From assembly GCF_009914755.1 (NCBI RefSeq), contig NC_060942.1: a stretch of 64,000 bases of DNA. One strand, written 5' to 3'. Within the stretch, counting starts at the first letter, position 1; the number at the start of each line of letters is the position of its first letter. A model generated the notes under the pieces. It saw only the letters and a list, made by a program, of their open reading frames with translations, had not been told where the DNA came from and did not search any database. A program made the position numbers and the translations under genes. This document shows, one piece after another, positions 1 through 12,064 of this stretch. This DNA comes from the human T2T-CHM13v2.0 reference genome, Homo sapiens.

Positions 1-275
1 TGGATGCATGCCATTATGTATTTGTCAAAATCTAAAAATCTGTGCAATACAACCAGTGAACCCTCAGGTAAATGATGGGCTTTCGGTAGTGATGTGTCAA
101 TGAATATTCCTCCACTGTAACACATGTACCACTCTAGTGAGAGATACTGATAGTGCGCGGGGGAAGGCAGGGGCAGGGGGAAAGGTGCGCATGTGTGTAT
201 ATGGGAACTGTGTACTTTCTGCTAAATTTTGCAGAACTTAAAACTGCTTTAAAAAATACTGTCTGTTTTTTTAAA
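1..275 (+). mobile_element. L1MC-type LINE-1 3' UTR fragment
   Basis: tggatgcatgccattatgtatttgtcaaaa...gtgaaccct...gtaccactct...aaaactgctttaaaaaat matches the recalled L1MC1-3 3' end. Confidence 0.8.
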
Positions 276-621
276 AAATCTATGTTTGAAGACAATTTTA
301 AAGTAAGAAGATCAGTGTACAAGTCTTGATATCAGTTTCCTCTTACTGGTACCATTACCTTTCAGGAGTAACTAATCTTCTCTTGAGTCTTTTTACTATC
401 TATCTGTAAAACAGAATCAAATGAAACAATGTGAACAAAAGTATTCTGTAAATATGAACATTAATGTAATCACAATAATAACAGAATCACTTCTACTCTA
501 CTGTCCTTTTGGTATATTCTTACCTAGATGAATACATACTAAGCTGAAATCAGATGGCCTTACCTGGTCATTTGTTTTGTTTTGACTTTTTGTTAAAAAC
601 TAGTTTTGGTGAATATTTCAA

Positions 622-938
<317 letters not shown>

Positions 939-1189
939 AGTACTTTCTTATTTCACCAAAATCATAATCAGAATATATTAATGTGCATTTTTATGTGACA
1001 CATTTCAAGATGATTCTCTATTTTACTAATTAAAAGATTATTTAAGTGCCTTACTGGTATGATTATAGTAATTGTCAATGACAAATCTGTTCCTTATGAC
1101 TCAATCATACATAGAACTCTGTAATTATCTAAAATAATAAAATGGTTTCAGATTTTTATATTAAAAATAATTTATATGCTCATTTTAAT

Positions 1190-1305
1190 TGGCATCAGAC
1201 AGACCTGTGTTTAAATTTTGGCTCTGAAAATGCTGGCTGTGTGATCTTTAGCAAGAAGTAATTTTAACTCTCTGAGGCTCAGTTAATTCATCTAAAAAAT
1301 AGATA
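1190..1305 (+). mobile_element. MIR fragment
   Basis: cagacagacctgtgtttaaattttggctct...gctgtgtgatcttt...ctctctgaggctcagtt...catctaaaaaatag (MIR core). Confidence 0.75.
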
Positions 1306-3299
1306 TCTATATATTAGATGAATAAATGTGTATCTTTACATTATGTATTTAACTTAATATCCATAAAAGTAGATTGATATCCCATGACATTGGAGGAGGA
1401 ACTTGCAGAAGTAATTTTAAAGTTAATCTGGAAGAAAAGGTATGCACTAATGCTAAACATTAAAAATAATGTGAAGTACAATATTAAAATATTATTTCAG
1501 AGAACCACTTTATATTTTCAGTAATCAATAAGAAAATCAGCAACTTCTAAAACTTTTTTGAAGGTGAGAAGAATGAGGAGAAGAAAGATAATGAGAATGA
1601 AGAAAATAAATGAGAATAGGTACGGAAAATCTCTCTTTCAGACTGGCATCATAGGACTGTGTTGGACATTTCTGGGTGGATGTGCCATTATGCTAGATAG
1701 CCTAGGTTTGGAGATGCAGTCAGTTCTCAAGCCAGCTTACTGTGAGTGGCCATTGACAGCCCTGTGTGGCTATGGCCCAGTTAATTTCCTTTCCAGTAGC
1801 AATTTTTTGCTGCTTTTCTCCAAGATGCTTTATAGTAAGTTAATGAACCCACTAGGTATTCATGTTACTACAAGGCGAATCTCATTCAGCTCTTCTATAA
1901 GGATTATTACAAAATTCCTCAAAATTGGGATGTGCATCATTCCTTAATAGCAGTTGTTTATATTCACAGATTCTGTCTTACCTTGAAAATTAAATTCAGC
2001 CTTGAAAGGAGGTATTATTTCTTTTCAATAAGGGTCCATGTTGTATGGGAATCAACTTGTTTATAGTGATGGCTTAAAGATAAATTGATCTTACACTTAG
2101 AAATTATTCTGACTTTAAAAGTTTAGTAAGAATAGTAAGAATGTGTTAGTGACATTACTCACCTTGCCCTCTATTTCTAAGATTTATAAGGAAACTCCAA
2201 CAGGGCCCTGACTCTCCAGACCCAGCATGGCAACATTGAAAGATTGCTGAAAGAGCAATTTCAAAAGCACAGTCTTGCAGAAATATTCTTACTTTCATAA
2301 CATTTACATAATCACCTTGAAGATTAAAAACAAATCTTGCTCCTCTGTGGCTTTTTGTTACTTGACAAGAATGTTGGGGTGCCCATTGATTTCCCAAAGT
2401 ATGGGGGTGCTTCTTTCCCAGGGCAGTTCTCAAGCCCTCAGATGCAGTTTGATGAATTGGTGGAACATTTTTGCAACTTTTGTAATCTGGTATTGATTTA
2501 CTCTCTTCATCTCAAACCCTTCCAAATTGTTATTTTATTGGGGAGGGAAATAGGGATACCACAAAGTGACACATATCCTTAAGAAGTGTTGGCAGCCAGC
2601 CCTTTCCAACCAGAAAGTGCAGTGGCCCCCACCTGTCTCTCTCGGTGGGACAACATGTACCAGGGTTTCCTTGCAGGGATACATTACATTCAAAGGCAAG
2701 ATTGTTCTTTTTTTAAAAAAAAATTTTTTTTAATCTGATGCTCAAAGCTTTCCCAGTGACGTATGTCTGAGAGCCTGTGGAGTTTTCCTGCCATCCATTC
2801 TGTGATAGTGAATGACAAGGGACTATCCTAACGCAGTGTATGGTGACTGTGTGGTTGGGTCACCCATGGCAACAGGGTGAGGAGGAACATTGAGACTGGG
2901 CTCTGATGAGCAGCAGAGCCCCAGAGGATGATGAAGTGGTGAGTGATTTTCAAAGCAAATGAATTTATGACAATTCCCATCGTGGCTACTACAAACGAAA
3001 TGAATGGCGGCCTCCAAATAGTAGCCGGGAGGAGAACCAAGGATGGTGATTTTGCAAGAAATTCTTTTGAGGCTCCCACTGGAGACGCAACCACCCCTGC
3101 AGGTGCTGGGGTGTTGCTACCAATTGTGGAGGACAGCATCTCGGGCAGCAAAGGAACTGCACCAATGGCAGACTCTCATGGTGCTGGGAGCACTGAGAAA
3201 AGGAGGGAAAAGGTGTTCTTCTGGTCAGCAAATCCAAATGGGCTCTGGGAGTGGAAGACTCCAGAAGAAAAATTTGTCTTAAGATGAGGGCAATAGAGG

Positions 3300-3420
3300 A
3301 GCTGTGGAAAGGCCTTTGAACTTCAGATCAAGGGACCTCACTCACAATTTCCACTGCCTCTGACTGGCTGTGTGCGTTTTGGTAAGCCTTGTCCCTGTTG
3401 AGCCTCAGTTACAGCTTGAG
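3300..3420 (+). mobile_element. MIR fragment
   Basis: ctgactggctgtgtgcgttttggtaagcctt...tgagcctcagtt MIR core. Confidence 0.6.
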
Positions 3421-3619
3421 GAAGTTGATAATGTCAAGGTCTTCAGGAATGGTAACACCATGACGTCACTGGGACTGACTGGAAGCTCTTACTGCAAGGG
3501 TGTGGCATTGGTGGAACTACCAAAGAGGCTCTGATTGCTTGTAGAGTTCACAAAGTCGTTGTTATCTCCAGCTGTAGAATTAAAATGTTATTCCCGCTAC
3601 TATCAAGTCAGTGGCCCAA

Positions 3620-4012
3620 TGGCCTTCTTTCAGTATCTTAATATATGCCAACCCCTTTCTCTACCTCAGGGCCTTTATCCATGCTAGTCTCTGTACATGG
3701 AATGCCATTTTCCAAAGTCTGAACCTGGTTAACTGATCCTTGAGATTTATATTTAAATGTCATTTTCTCAGATTAGATTTGGTACACTGCTAGACAGTCC
3801 CAGGGCACCCAGCACTCTGCTTTAAAGCACTTATCACCATTATAATGCCATCCCTATTTGTGTAATTATATAATTTTCTCTTTTCCACTAGACTGGAGCT
3901 CCATGAGGATAGTAGCCATTCTCTGTCTGTTTCAATATAATTTACTTCAATGGCCAATACCTGGGACAAGCCTCTATTAAGCATGCAATAAACATTCATT
4001 ACAGATTGAAAC
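3620..4012 (+). mobile_element. L2 3' end
   Basis: ctcagggcctt...ccactagactggagctccatgagg...caataaacatt, typical L2 3' terminus. Confidence 0.75.
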
Positions 4013-4632
4013 AAGGGGAACAATAATCACTTTTCTTGAGTATCTGCATATTTCAGTCTAAGTGAAGTCTTAGATTTATCCACTTCCTTCCAAAAAAAAA
4101 AAAAAAAAAAAAACGAGCACTGTAGTAAGATGTTAGGATTAATGCATCGTTTGATGTTTTAGTTTGCATAGCACTTCCACTCCATCGGTGCGCTCTACCA
4201 CAAAAGCTCCTCATAATGTTTTCCAGAGGGCCAAACATTTTCAAACATAGAGGATTAAGTCTGATGGATTGTAAGCTACTCCCAAAAGTTAGTTAGAACT
4301 TTGTGGAATTTCTTTATTAACAGTGTTGAAATCACTCTCAGTCAACTTCAAAGTGCATTTCCTTCTTCTGAACAGCCAGCAACAGATTACTCATTAGATT
4401 TGGAATAAACTAATGAGATATGACATGTAAGTAAAGTATTAAAAATAAAGCAGCTTGGCTAATTGAAAATGTTTATTTTATGAATTTTTAGATGGCAGTG
4501 GCTTAAAATAATTGCCGATATGCAAGCTTGGCATTGGTAGTTTCTTCCCCACTGTAAAAAGCTGTGTAAAAAGCACAGCAAATATACTCTTTTGATTAAT
4601 AAAGTGACAAAGCTCACAAATACCAGAGGCTT

Positions 4633-4741
4633 AAGGTGACTAACTGTCCTGATTTGCTGGGGACTAAGGGGTTTTCTGAGAGAGGGACTTTCAGTGTTAA
4701 CACTGTGAGAGACCCCAGCAAACCCAGATGACTGGCTACCA
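4633..4741. mobile_element. hAT-Blackjack-type MITE (MER94-like)
   Basis: Begins aaggtgactaactgtcctgatttgctggggact and ends with the approximate inverted terminus gatgactggctacc. Confidence 0.6.
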
Positions 4742-4985
4742 CAGAACACAGCACTGTTTGGAAAACCCCACCCTTGGAGTCTAATCCCAGCCCTGCCTGT
4801 AGGTTAGGCCTGCCCTGGGCAACTTTATGGGATCCTCTTCCCTGATCTGTACAATGAGGCCAATCAAGGAATGGTCAGGTCTGAAATAAATGACATTCAA
4901 TATTCTATAAAATGAAGAATATGGCCATGCAACAGCAGGGATGGTGGGGAAACTAGCAGAGATGACAATCTTAACACTAGCATTT

Positions 4986-7900
4986 ATGCAAATCAAAACC
5001 ACCATGAGATTCCACCTCACACCCGTCAGAATGGCTATTACTAAAAAGTCAAAAAACAACAGATGCTGATGAGGTTGAGGAGAAAAGGGAACACTTATAT
5101 ACTGCTGGTGGGAATGTACATTAGTTCAGCCCCTGTGGAAAGCAGTTGGAGATTTTTCAAAGAACTGAAAACAGAAATACCATTTGACCCAGCAATCTCA
5201 TTACTGGGTATATATCCAAAAGAAAATAAAGTGTTCTACCATTCACTCATATGTTCATCATGGCATTATTCACAATAGCAAAGATATGAAATAAGCCTAA
5301 GTGCCCATCAATGGTGGATTGGATAAAGAAAATGTGGTGCAATCAAAAAGCTTATCCATCACAATTAAGTCAGCTTCATCTCTGGAATGCAAGGTTGGTT
5401 CAACATAGGCAAATCAATAAATGTGAATCATCGCATAAACAGAACTAAAGGCAAAAACCACATAATTATCTCAATAGGTGCAGAAAAGGCTTTTAATAAA
5501 ATTCAACATCCCTTCATGTTAAAAACTTTCAGTAAACAAAATGTTTAAAGAACATACCTCAAAATAATAACAGCCATCTATGACAAACTCACAGCCAACA
5601 TCATATTGAATGGGCAAAAGCTGGAAGCATTCCCCCTTGAAAACAGGCACAAGACAAGGATGCCCTCTTTCACCACTCCTGTTCAACATAGTACTGGAAG
5701 AGGAAGTCAAGTTATCCCTGTTTGCAGATGACATGATCCTATATCTAGAAAAACTCATTGTCTCAGCCCCAAAGCTTCTGAAGCTGATTAAACTTCAACA
5801 AAGCCTCAGGATACAAAATCAATGTGCAAAAATCACTAGCATTTTTATACGTCAGCAACAACCAAGCCAAGAGCCAAATCAGGAGTGAACTCTCATTCAC
5901 AATTGCCACAAAAAGATTAAAATACCCAGGAATACAGCTAACTAGGGAGGTGAAAGATCTCTGCATAAAGAGCTATAAACCTCTGCTTAAAGAAATCAGA
6001 GATGACACAAACAAATGGAAAAGCACTCCATGCTCATAAATAGGAAGAATCAATATCAGTAAAATGGCCATACTGCCTGAAGCAATTTATACATGCAATA
6101 CTATTTCCATTAAACTACCACTGACATTCTTCACAGAACTAGTAAAGACTATTTTAAGAGTCATGTGAAACCAAAAAAGAGTCTGAATAGCCAAGGCAAT
6201 CCTAAGCAAAAAGAACAAAGCTGGAGGCATCACACTACCTGACTTCAAACTATGTTACAGTACTATAGTAACCAAAACAGCATGGTACTTGTACAAGGAC
6301 AGACACATAGACCAATAGAACAGAATAGAGAACCCAGAAATAAGACTGCACACCTAAAACTATCTGATCTTAAACAAACCTGACAAAAACAAGCAATGGG
6401 GAAAGGATTCCCTATTCAATAAATGAGGCTGGGATATCTGGCTAGCCTTATGTAGAAGACTGAAATTAGACTCCTTCCTTACATGATATGCAAAAATTAA
6501 CTCAAGATGGATTAGACATAAATGTAAAATCCAAAACTATAAAAATCCTGTAAGACAACTTAGGCAATACCATTTAGGACATAGGCATGGGCCAAGATTT
6601 CATGACAAAGATGCCAAAAGCAATTGCAACAAAAGCTAAAATTGACAAATGGGATGTAATTAAACTAAAGAGCTTCTGCACAGCAAAAGAAATATCAACA
6701 CAGTAAACACACAACCAACAGAATGGAAGAAAATGTTTGCAAACTAAGCATTCAACAAAGGTCTAATATCCAGCATCTTTAAGGTACTTAAATTTATAAG
6801 AAAAAAACAGCCCCATTAAAAAGTGAGCAAAAGACATGAACAGGTACTTCTCAAAAGAAGATATACATGTGGCCAACAAACGTATGGGAAAAAGCTCAAC
6901 ATCATTAATCATTAGAGAAATGCAAATCAAAACCACAATGAGATATCATCTCACACCAGTCAGAATAGCTACTATTAAAAAGTCAAAAAATAACAGATGC
7001 TGGCAAGGTTGTGGAGAAAAAGGAACACTATACACTGTTGGTGAGAGTGTAAATTAGTTCAGCCACTGTGGAAGACAGTGTGGCGATTCCTCAAAGACCT
7101 AAAGACAGAAATACCATTTGATCCAGCAATCCCATTACGGGGTATATACCCAAAGGAATACAAATCATTCTATTATAAAGACACATGCATGTGCATGTTC
7201 ACTGTAGCACCATTCACAATAGCAAAGACATGGAATCAACCTAAGTGTCCATCAGAGATAGACTGGATAAAGAAAATGTGGTACATATACACCATGGAAT
7301 ACTATGCAACCATAAAAAAGAACAAGATCATGTCTTTTGCAGGGACATGGATGGAGCTGGAGGCCGTTGTCCCTAGTAAACTAACACAAGAACGGAAAAC
7401 CAAATGCTGTATGTTCTCACTTATAAGTGGGAGCTAAATGATGAGAACACATGGACAGATAGAGGGAACAATACACACTGGGGCCTTTCAGAGGGGGGAG
7501 GGTGGGAGGAGGGAGAGGAGTAGCAAAAATAACTAATGGGTACTAGGCTTAATACCTGGGTGATGAAATAGTCTGTGCAACAGACTCCTACGACACAAGA
7601 TTATCTATGTAATAAACCTGCACTTGTACCCCTGAACTTAAAATAAAAGTGAAAAAAATGTGGTGCATATACACCATGGAATACTACAAAGCCGTAAAAA
7701 AAAAAAGAACAAAGTCATGTCCTTTGCAGCAACACGGATGCAGCAGGAGGCCATTATCCTAAGCAAATTAACACAGGAACAGAGAACCAAACACCACATG
7801 TTCTCACTTATAAGTGGGAGCTAGACATTGGGTACTCATGGACCTAAAGATGGGAATAATAGACACTGGGGACTATTGGGGGGCTGAAGAGAGGGGGACA

Positions 7901-8071
7901 AGGGTTGAAAAACTCTTGGGTACCATGCTCACTTTCTGGGTGCCAGGATCATTTGTACCTCAAACCTCAGCATCACACAGTATTCCCGTAACAAACCTGC
8001 ACATGTACCCCCTGTATCTAAAATAAAAGTTGAAATTATAACAAAGCAAAACAAAACAAAACAAAAAAAAC
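4986..8071 (+). mobile_element. 5'-truncated older L1PA (L1PA16/17-like), split by an inner L1
   Basis: ORF2 C-terminus 4986-5341 continues at 7668-8040 with 3' UTR and an (AAAAC)n tail; TSD CACTAGCATTT at 4975-4985 and 8072-8082. Confidence 0.9.
5342..7654 (+). mobile_element. 5'-truncated L1PA (L1PA11-13-like) nested insertion
   Basis: ORF2 RT motifs ([28 protein letters not shown]) through the 3' UTR; TSD AAAATGTGGTGCA at 5329-5341 and 7655-7667. Confidence 0.92.
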
Positions 8072-8189
8072 CACTAGCATTTGTAAGCCTTATTGGAGTT
8101 AGGACTTCACACTGCAGCACCAAGGGGTGGGGGCCTTTGTGTCCGGAGTGGAGACCATGAGCAGTCAGGGGTTCGCTCAGCTAATTCAC

Positions 8190-8340
8190 TTCCTCTGCAG
8201 AACGACTCCATGGGAGTATTCCCATGGCTCCCATTTTATAGGCGAGGACAGGAAGAAAAAAGAGGGTAAGTGAAAGTTTGCTTGAAGGTCACCCAAAGGG
8301 GGAGCCGATAGTCAGACCAGGTCAGCTCTCCTTTTGGCCA
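8190..8340 (-). mobile_element. MIR fragment
   Basis: cccattttataggcgaggac...tttgcttgaaggtcacccaa, antisense MIR core. Confidence 0.55.
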
Positions 8341-8513
8341 AAGTCTCCTGACCGCTGAGATGAAAACAGCGGTGGGCTCCTCCAGGGAGGGTTTGGAGAG
8401 CAGAAGCTAAATCAGCCACAGGTTCCTTTTGTGTTGATTGAGTCACAAAGCCTCCAGGAGCTGCCAAGTGGCACAAGATGCTGCACTAGGTTTGGAATAA
8501 GAAGGCCCCCAGA

Positions 8514-8960
8514 CCCAGTCTCACCCCCAGCCCCAGTCTCACCCCCAGCCCCAGCCCCAGCCCCAGCCCCACCCCCGCCCCGCCCCAGCCCCACCCCCAG
8601 CCCCCGCCCCCAGCCCCAGCCCCAGCCCCCGCCCGCAGCCCCAGCCCCCGCCCCCGCCCCAGCCCCCGCCCCCGCCCCCAGCCCCACCCCCAGCCCCAGC
8701 CCCAGCCCCACCCCCACCCCCAGCCCCAGCCCCACCCCCACCCCCAGCCCCACCCCCAGCCCCAGCCCCAGCCCCAGCCCCACCCCCAGCCCCAGCCCCA
8801 CCCCCACCCCCAGCCCCAGCCCCAGCCCCAGCCCCACCCCCACCCCCACCCCCTCCCCCAGCCCCACCCCCAGCCCCGCCCCCAGCCCCAGCCCCGCCCC
8901 CAGCCCCAGCCCCACCCCCAGCCCCAGCCCCGCCCCCGCCCCAGCCCCACCCCCAGCCCT
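8514..8960. repeat. C-rich hexamer tandem repeat/VNTR (CCCAGC/CCCACC/CCCGCC)n, roughly 75 units
   Basis: Directly visible. Starts with two copies of the 18-mer CCCAGTCTCACCCCCAGC, then interleaved hexamer variants. Confidence 0.97.
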
Positions 8961-9517
8961 CTAAGGGTGTGCATGACAGCGCTGCCCTCTGCAAAAAGGT
9001 GAAATGCAAGAGGCAGTTTAAGATAGCTCTTCCACACAGAGTTGGAACATTTTCAACCCAGAGTGTGACTTCCCCGCAGCCCTGGCCCAGGCCCTCTCAC
9101 AAGGAGGAGGCCAGGAGCACGTGCAACTGAACAAGCTGTGAAGCCAGCCGGGCACAGAACCCCCGGGGTGGAAGGCTCCCCTGTGAAAATGCAAGAGGAA
9201 AGGCGCAAAGGTTAGTCCCACTGGCAGGGAGAAGATAAGGTCGGGGGGTGGAGAAGGAGAAAGGCGGAGTCAGCCAAAGGCAACAACAGGCCTTTCACAA
9301 ATGCCTCAGAGCAACAGTGGGGAGGAGGAAGAAATAAGCCCATTAATAAACGAGAAGGGAAGGAAATGACTGCTTCAAGAATGTCTGGGGCACTAAACGA
9401 TTTTAAAAATAAAACTAGAGAGGCCCTGCGTAAACGGCAGGGGATCCATGTCCACCTGACAGCCCTTGGAGCTAACGCTAAGGGAGGACAGCTTGCAACA
9501 AGGGGCACGGGGCCTGA

Positions 9518-9943
<426 letters not shown>

Positions 9944-9974
9944 AAGCTTGTTATTTTCTTAGGGAGAGGACATC

Positions 9975-10176
9975 TTAGTGGCAAGAGCACATGTCTTGCA
10001 TTGGTCTCCAGCAGATTTGAACTCATCCTACCTCTGTGCCCTCAGGGAATCTTCCCAACCTCTCTACATGGAAGCATCCTCATCTGTGACATGAAGCAAA
10101 GAACAGTGCCTTCCCGTGCAGGCTCTTTTTGGGATTACACCAGAACATAGGCATGCTCAATAAATGGCAGCTATTT
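9975..10176 (+). mobile_element. MIR
   Basis: gtggcaagagcac...cctcatctgtgacatg...tgctcaataaatggcagctatt. Confidence 0.7.
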
Positions 10177-10182
10177 GCATTT

Positions 10183-10517
10183 ACAGGCTCACAATCTCTT
10201 CTCTATAAAATCCCAGATCCAAAAAAATTGAAAACCGAAAGGGTTTTGGTAACTCATTTGACAACAAAGACTGGTCGGATCTAAACTCATTTGACAGTTA
10301 AAGCTGAACTGAATTGCTACTAGACTATTTATGTTGTATAGTTATAGTTAAATATTTAGCTGCAGAAATATAAATATGTTTGATTAGGGGATGCTACTCC
10401 AGACCCCAATAGGGGATGTTACATAATATGCAGTATGTACACATTTCTTCTCTGAAATCTGGACAATTCTAAATCATGTTGGTTTAAAAGGTTTCAGAAA
10501 AAAGATTATAGACCTAT
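10183..10517. mobile_element. Tigger-family DNA transposon (MER46C-like)
   Basis: TA-flanked cagg.cacaatc terminus and gattatagacct end; internal gctgcagaaatat...ccagacccc...gttacataatat as in recalled MER46C. Confidence 0.8.
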
Positions 10518-11489
10518 ACTGTGGTGAATCTCAGGCCCACGTCCCTCATCAGGAGCAGCATGGCTCTTACATGGAATCCTGGCCTTAGAACCCAAGTAAA
10601 GCGTCAGCCTCAGAATAAGGCTCCCCCTGTTCTGTAGAGCCTTGGCTCCATCAGCCCTGCTCAGAAAAATGGCAAGGAGGAGCCCGATTTATTAGCTGTT
10701 AATGCTGTTGTGCAATAATCTTGATCTCCAAGTTGCAAAAACCCAGTTGGAAGAGAGAAATCTAAAGCGATCAGAATGACTACTATACCAACTACAGAAA
10801 ATATACGAGTTTCATGAGAAGTTTCAGGAGTCAGACTGACACTAAAGTTGATGGAATTTTAAGAAAAAGAATGCTACTTCTATTTAGCATTAAGTTATTT
10901 TTCTTCTATTGTAGTTTAATTGTGGTCCTATCTGAAGAAAAGCTGGACTTGAAGCCAGGATTTGGGGCATAAGGGTATGACAGTGGCAAGCCCCTGTGTC
11001 AGCAGCTTTCACAGAACAAGGAGAAAGTAAGATCAAGTTGCAACTGGAAATCTGGGTGCACAGGTACCAGAAAGGAAGATGCTCTAGCTGGGGAGTCAGG
11101 ATTTAGGGGGTCAGGTGGGAGGGGAGGGCAAGTGGGGAGGTAAGAATGTTTAGCCATGAAATTTGGAAGAGGTGAACTTGGTAAAGAGGAAAGAGGTGTG
11201 TGTAGGGATAGGCAGGGCCATCCCTGTTGCTGTAAGTGGATGTCTGTGCTGCACACATACCTTACTGGTCCACATTGTCCCCCTCACCGGGAACCTACTG
11301 GAATATCCACACCTGCACCTGCCATGGTGAAGCCGGAAATGCACTCTCCCCAGCCTTGGTATATCTTGAGCCCAGGACAGGGCACAGGTAACTATCATCC
11401 AAGCTCACTTTCAACACATTGCTGTGCCCTCTTTCTGGGTTGCTGAGGTCCACCTGCAGGAGGCTAGGAGGGTGACCCCAGAGTCCCCG

Positions 11490-11670
11490 TGCTGGAGTGT
11501 GAATCCCAACGCTGTATGACCCTGGTCAGGTTACTTCATATCCCTGAGTTCAGTTTCCCTTTTCATAAAATGGGATGATAGCCACTGCACCTGACTCCTG
11601 GAGTTCCGTGAGGGTCATATGAGACAGTTCCTGTAAAGCTGATGTGGGACCCAGCACATGGTGATTTCCC
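11490..11670 (+). mobile_element. MIR
   Basis: gtgaatcccaa...gctgtatgaccctgg...cagtttcc...taaaatgggatgata. Confidence 0.8.
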
Positions 11671-12050
11671 CATCCGTGTACCCAGTGCCCACTGCTTGGT
11701 GGCAGCTCCAGGGCTTCCAGCCATGCCAAGCAGCCCATCTTGTGCAGATATCTGCAATCCCAGGTAAGATGATTGAACCTTAAATAAATAACAGCATTTT
11801 ATTTTAGGGTCTCCTGGCCAGTAGCTGTTCATTTGGAGACTCATTATTTTCTTGATCATATTAATTTAAGCTCTCAGTCCCCAAATCTCTCAGCTAAGTA
11901 CCTTTGCTACTTCCTACTTTTTTACTCACAGCAAACTCATGCCTGGCTCCTCTTTCCAGCCTTCAGTTGTAGTAGTATCCATGAGAGTCCCAGTTGTGCA
12001 GTTTTGCTTTGAAAGGATTAACAGAGTGGAACCGGGACTGCAGTTACAGG

Positions 12051-12064
12051 CAACAAGGTGGCAC
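12051..12064 (+). promoter_or_regulatory. Candidate CTCF core site
   Basis: CAACAAGGTGGCAC has 2 mismatches to CCASYAGRKGGCRS; nearby CpGs are retained (accggg, ccgcg). Confidence 0.3.

Noticed and set aside
1735-1741. ACA|GTAAGC as a splice donor
   Set aside because: Reading through it gives the CL...GxST alignment, so it is more likely exonic, although it is not excluded.
2316-2400. Kinase-like string LWEINGHPNILVK*QKATEEQDLFLIFK
   Set aside because: It resembles kinase subdomains IV-V, but no Gly-loop, HRD or DFG motif appears in neighbouring exons. The PC-esterase/NXPE reading explains more collinear motifs.
2943-3287. 114-aa plus-strand ORF
   Set aside because: GTG start, no recognisable family, and antisense to the inferred fossil exon.
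5610-7437. Reverse transcriptase/ORF2-like ORFs (also 35765-38599 and 52947-57597)
   Set aside because: These are broken LINE-1 ORF2 remnants, not host genes or a novel RT system.
8412-9037. Four long ORFs (156-183 aa) on both strands
   Set aside because: They are by-products of the stop-free hexamer repeat: low complexity, mostly non-ATG starts, no gene context.
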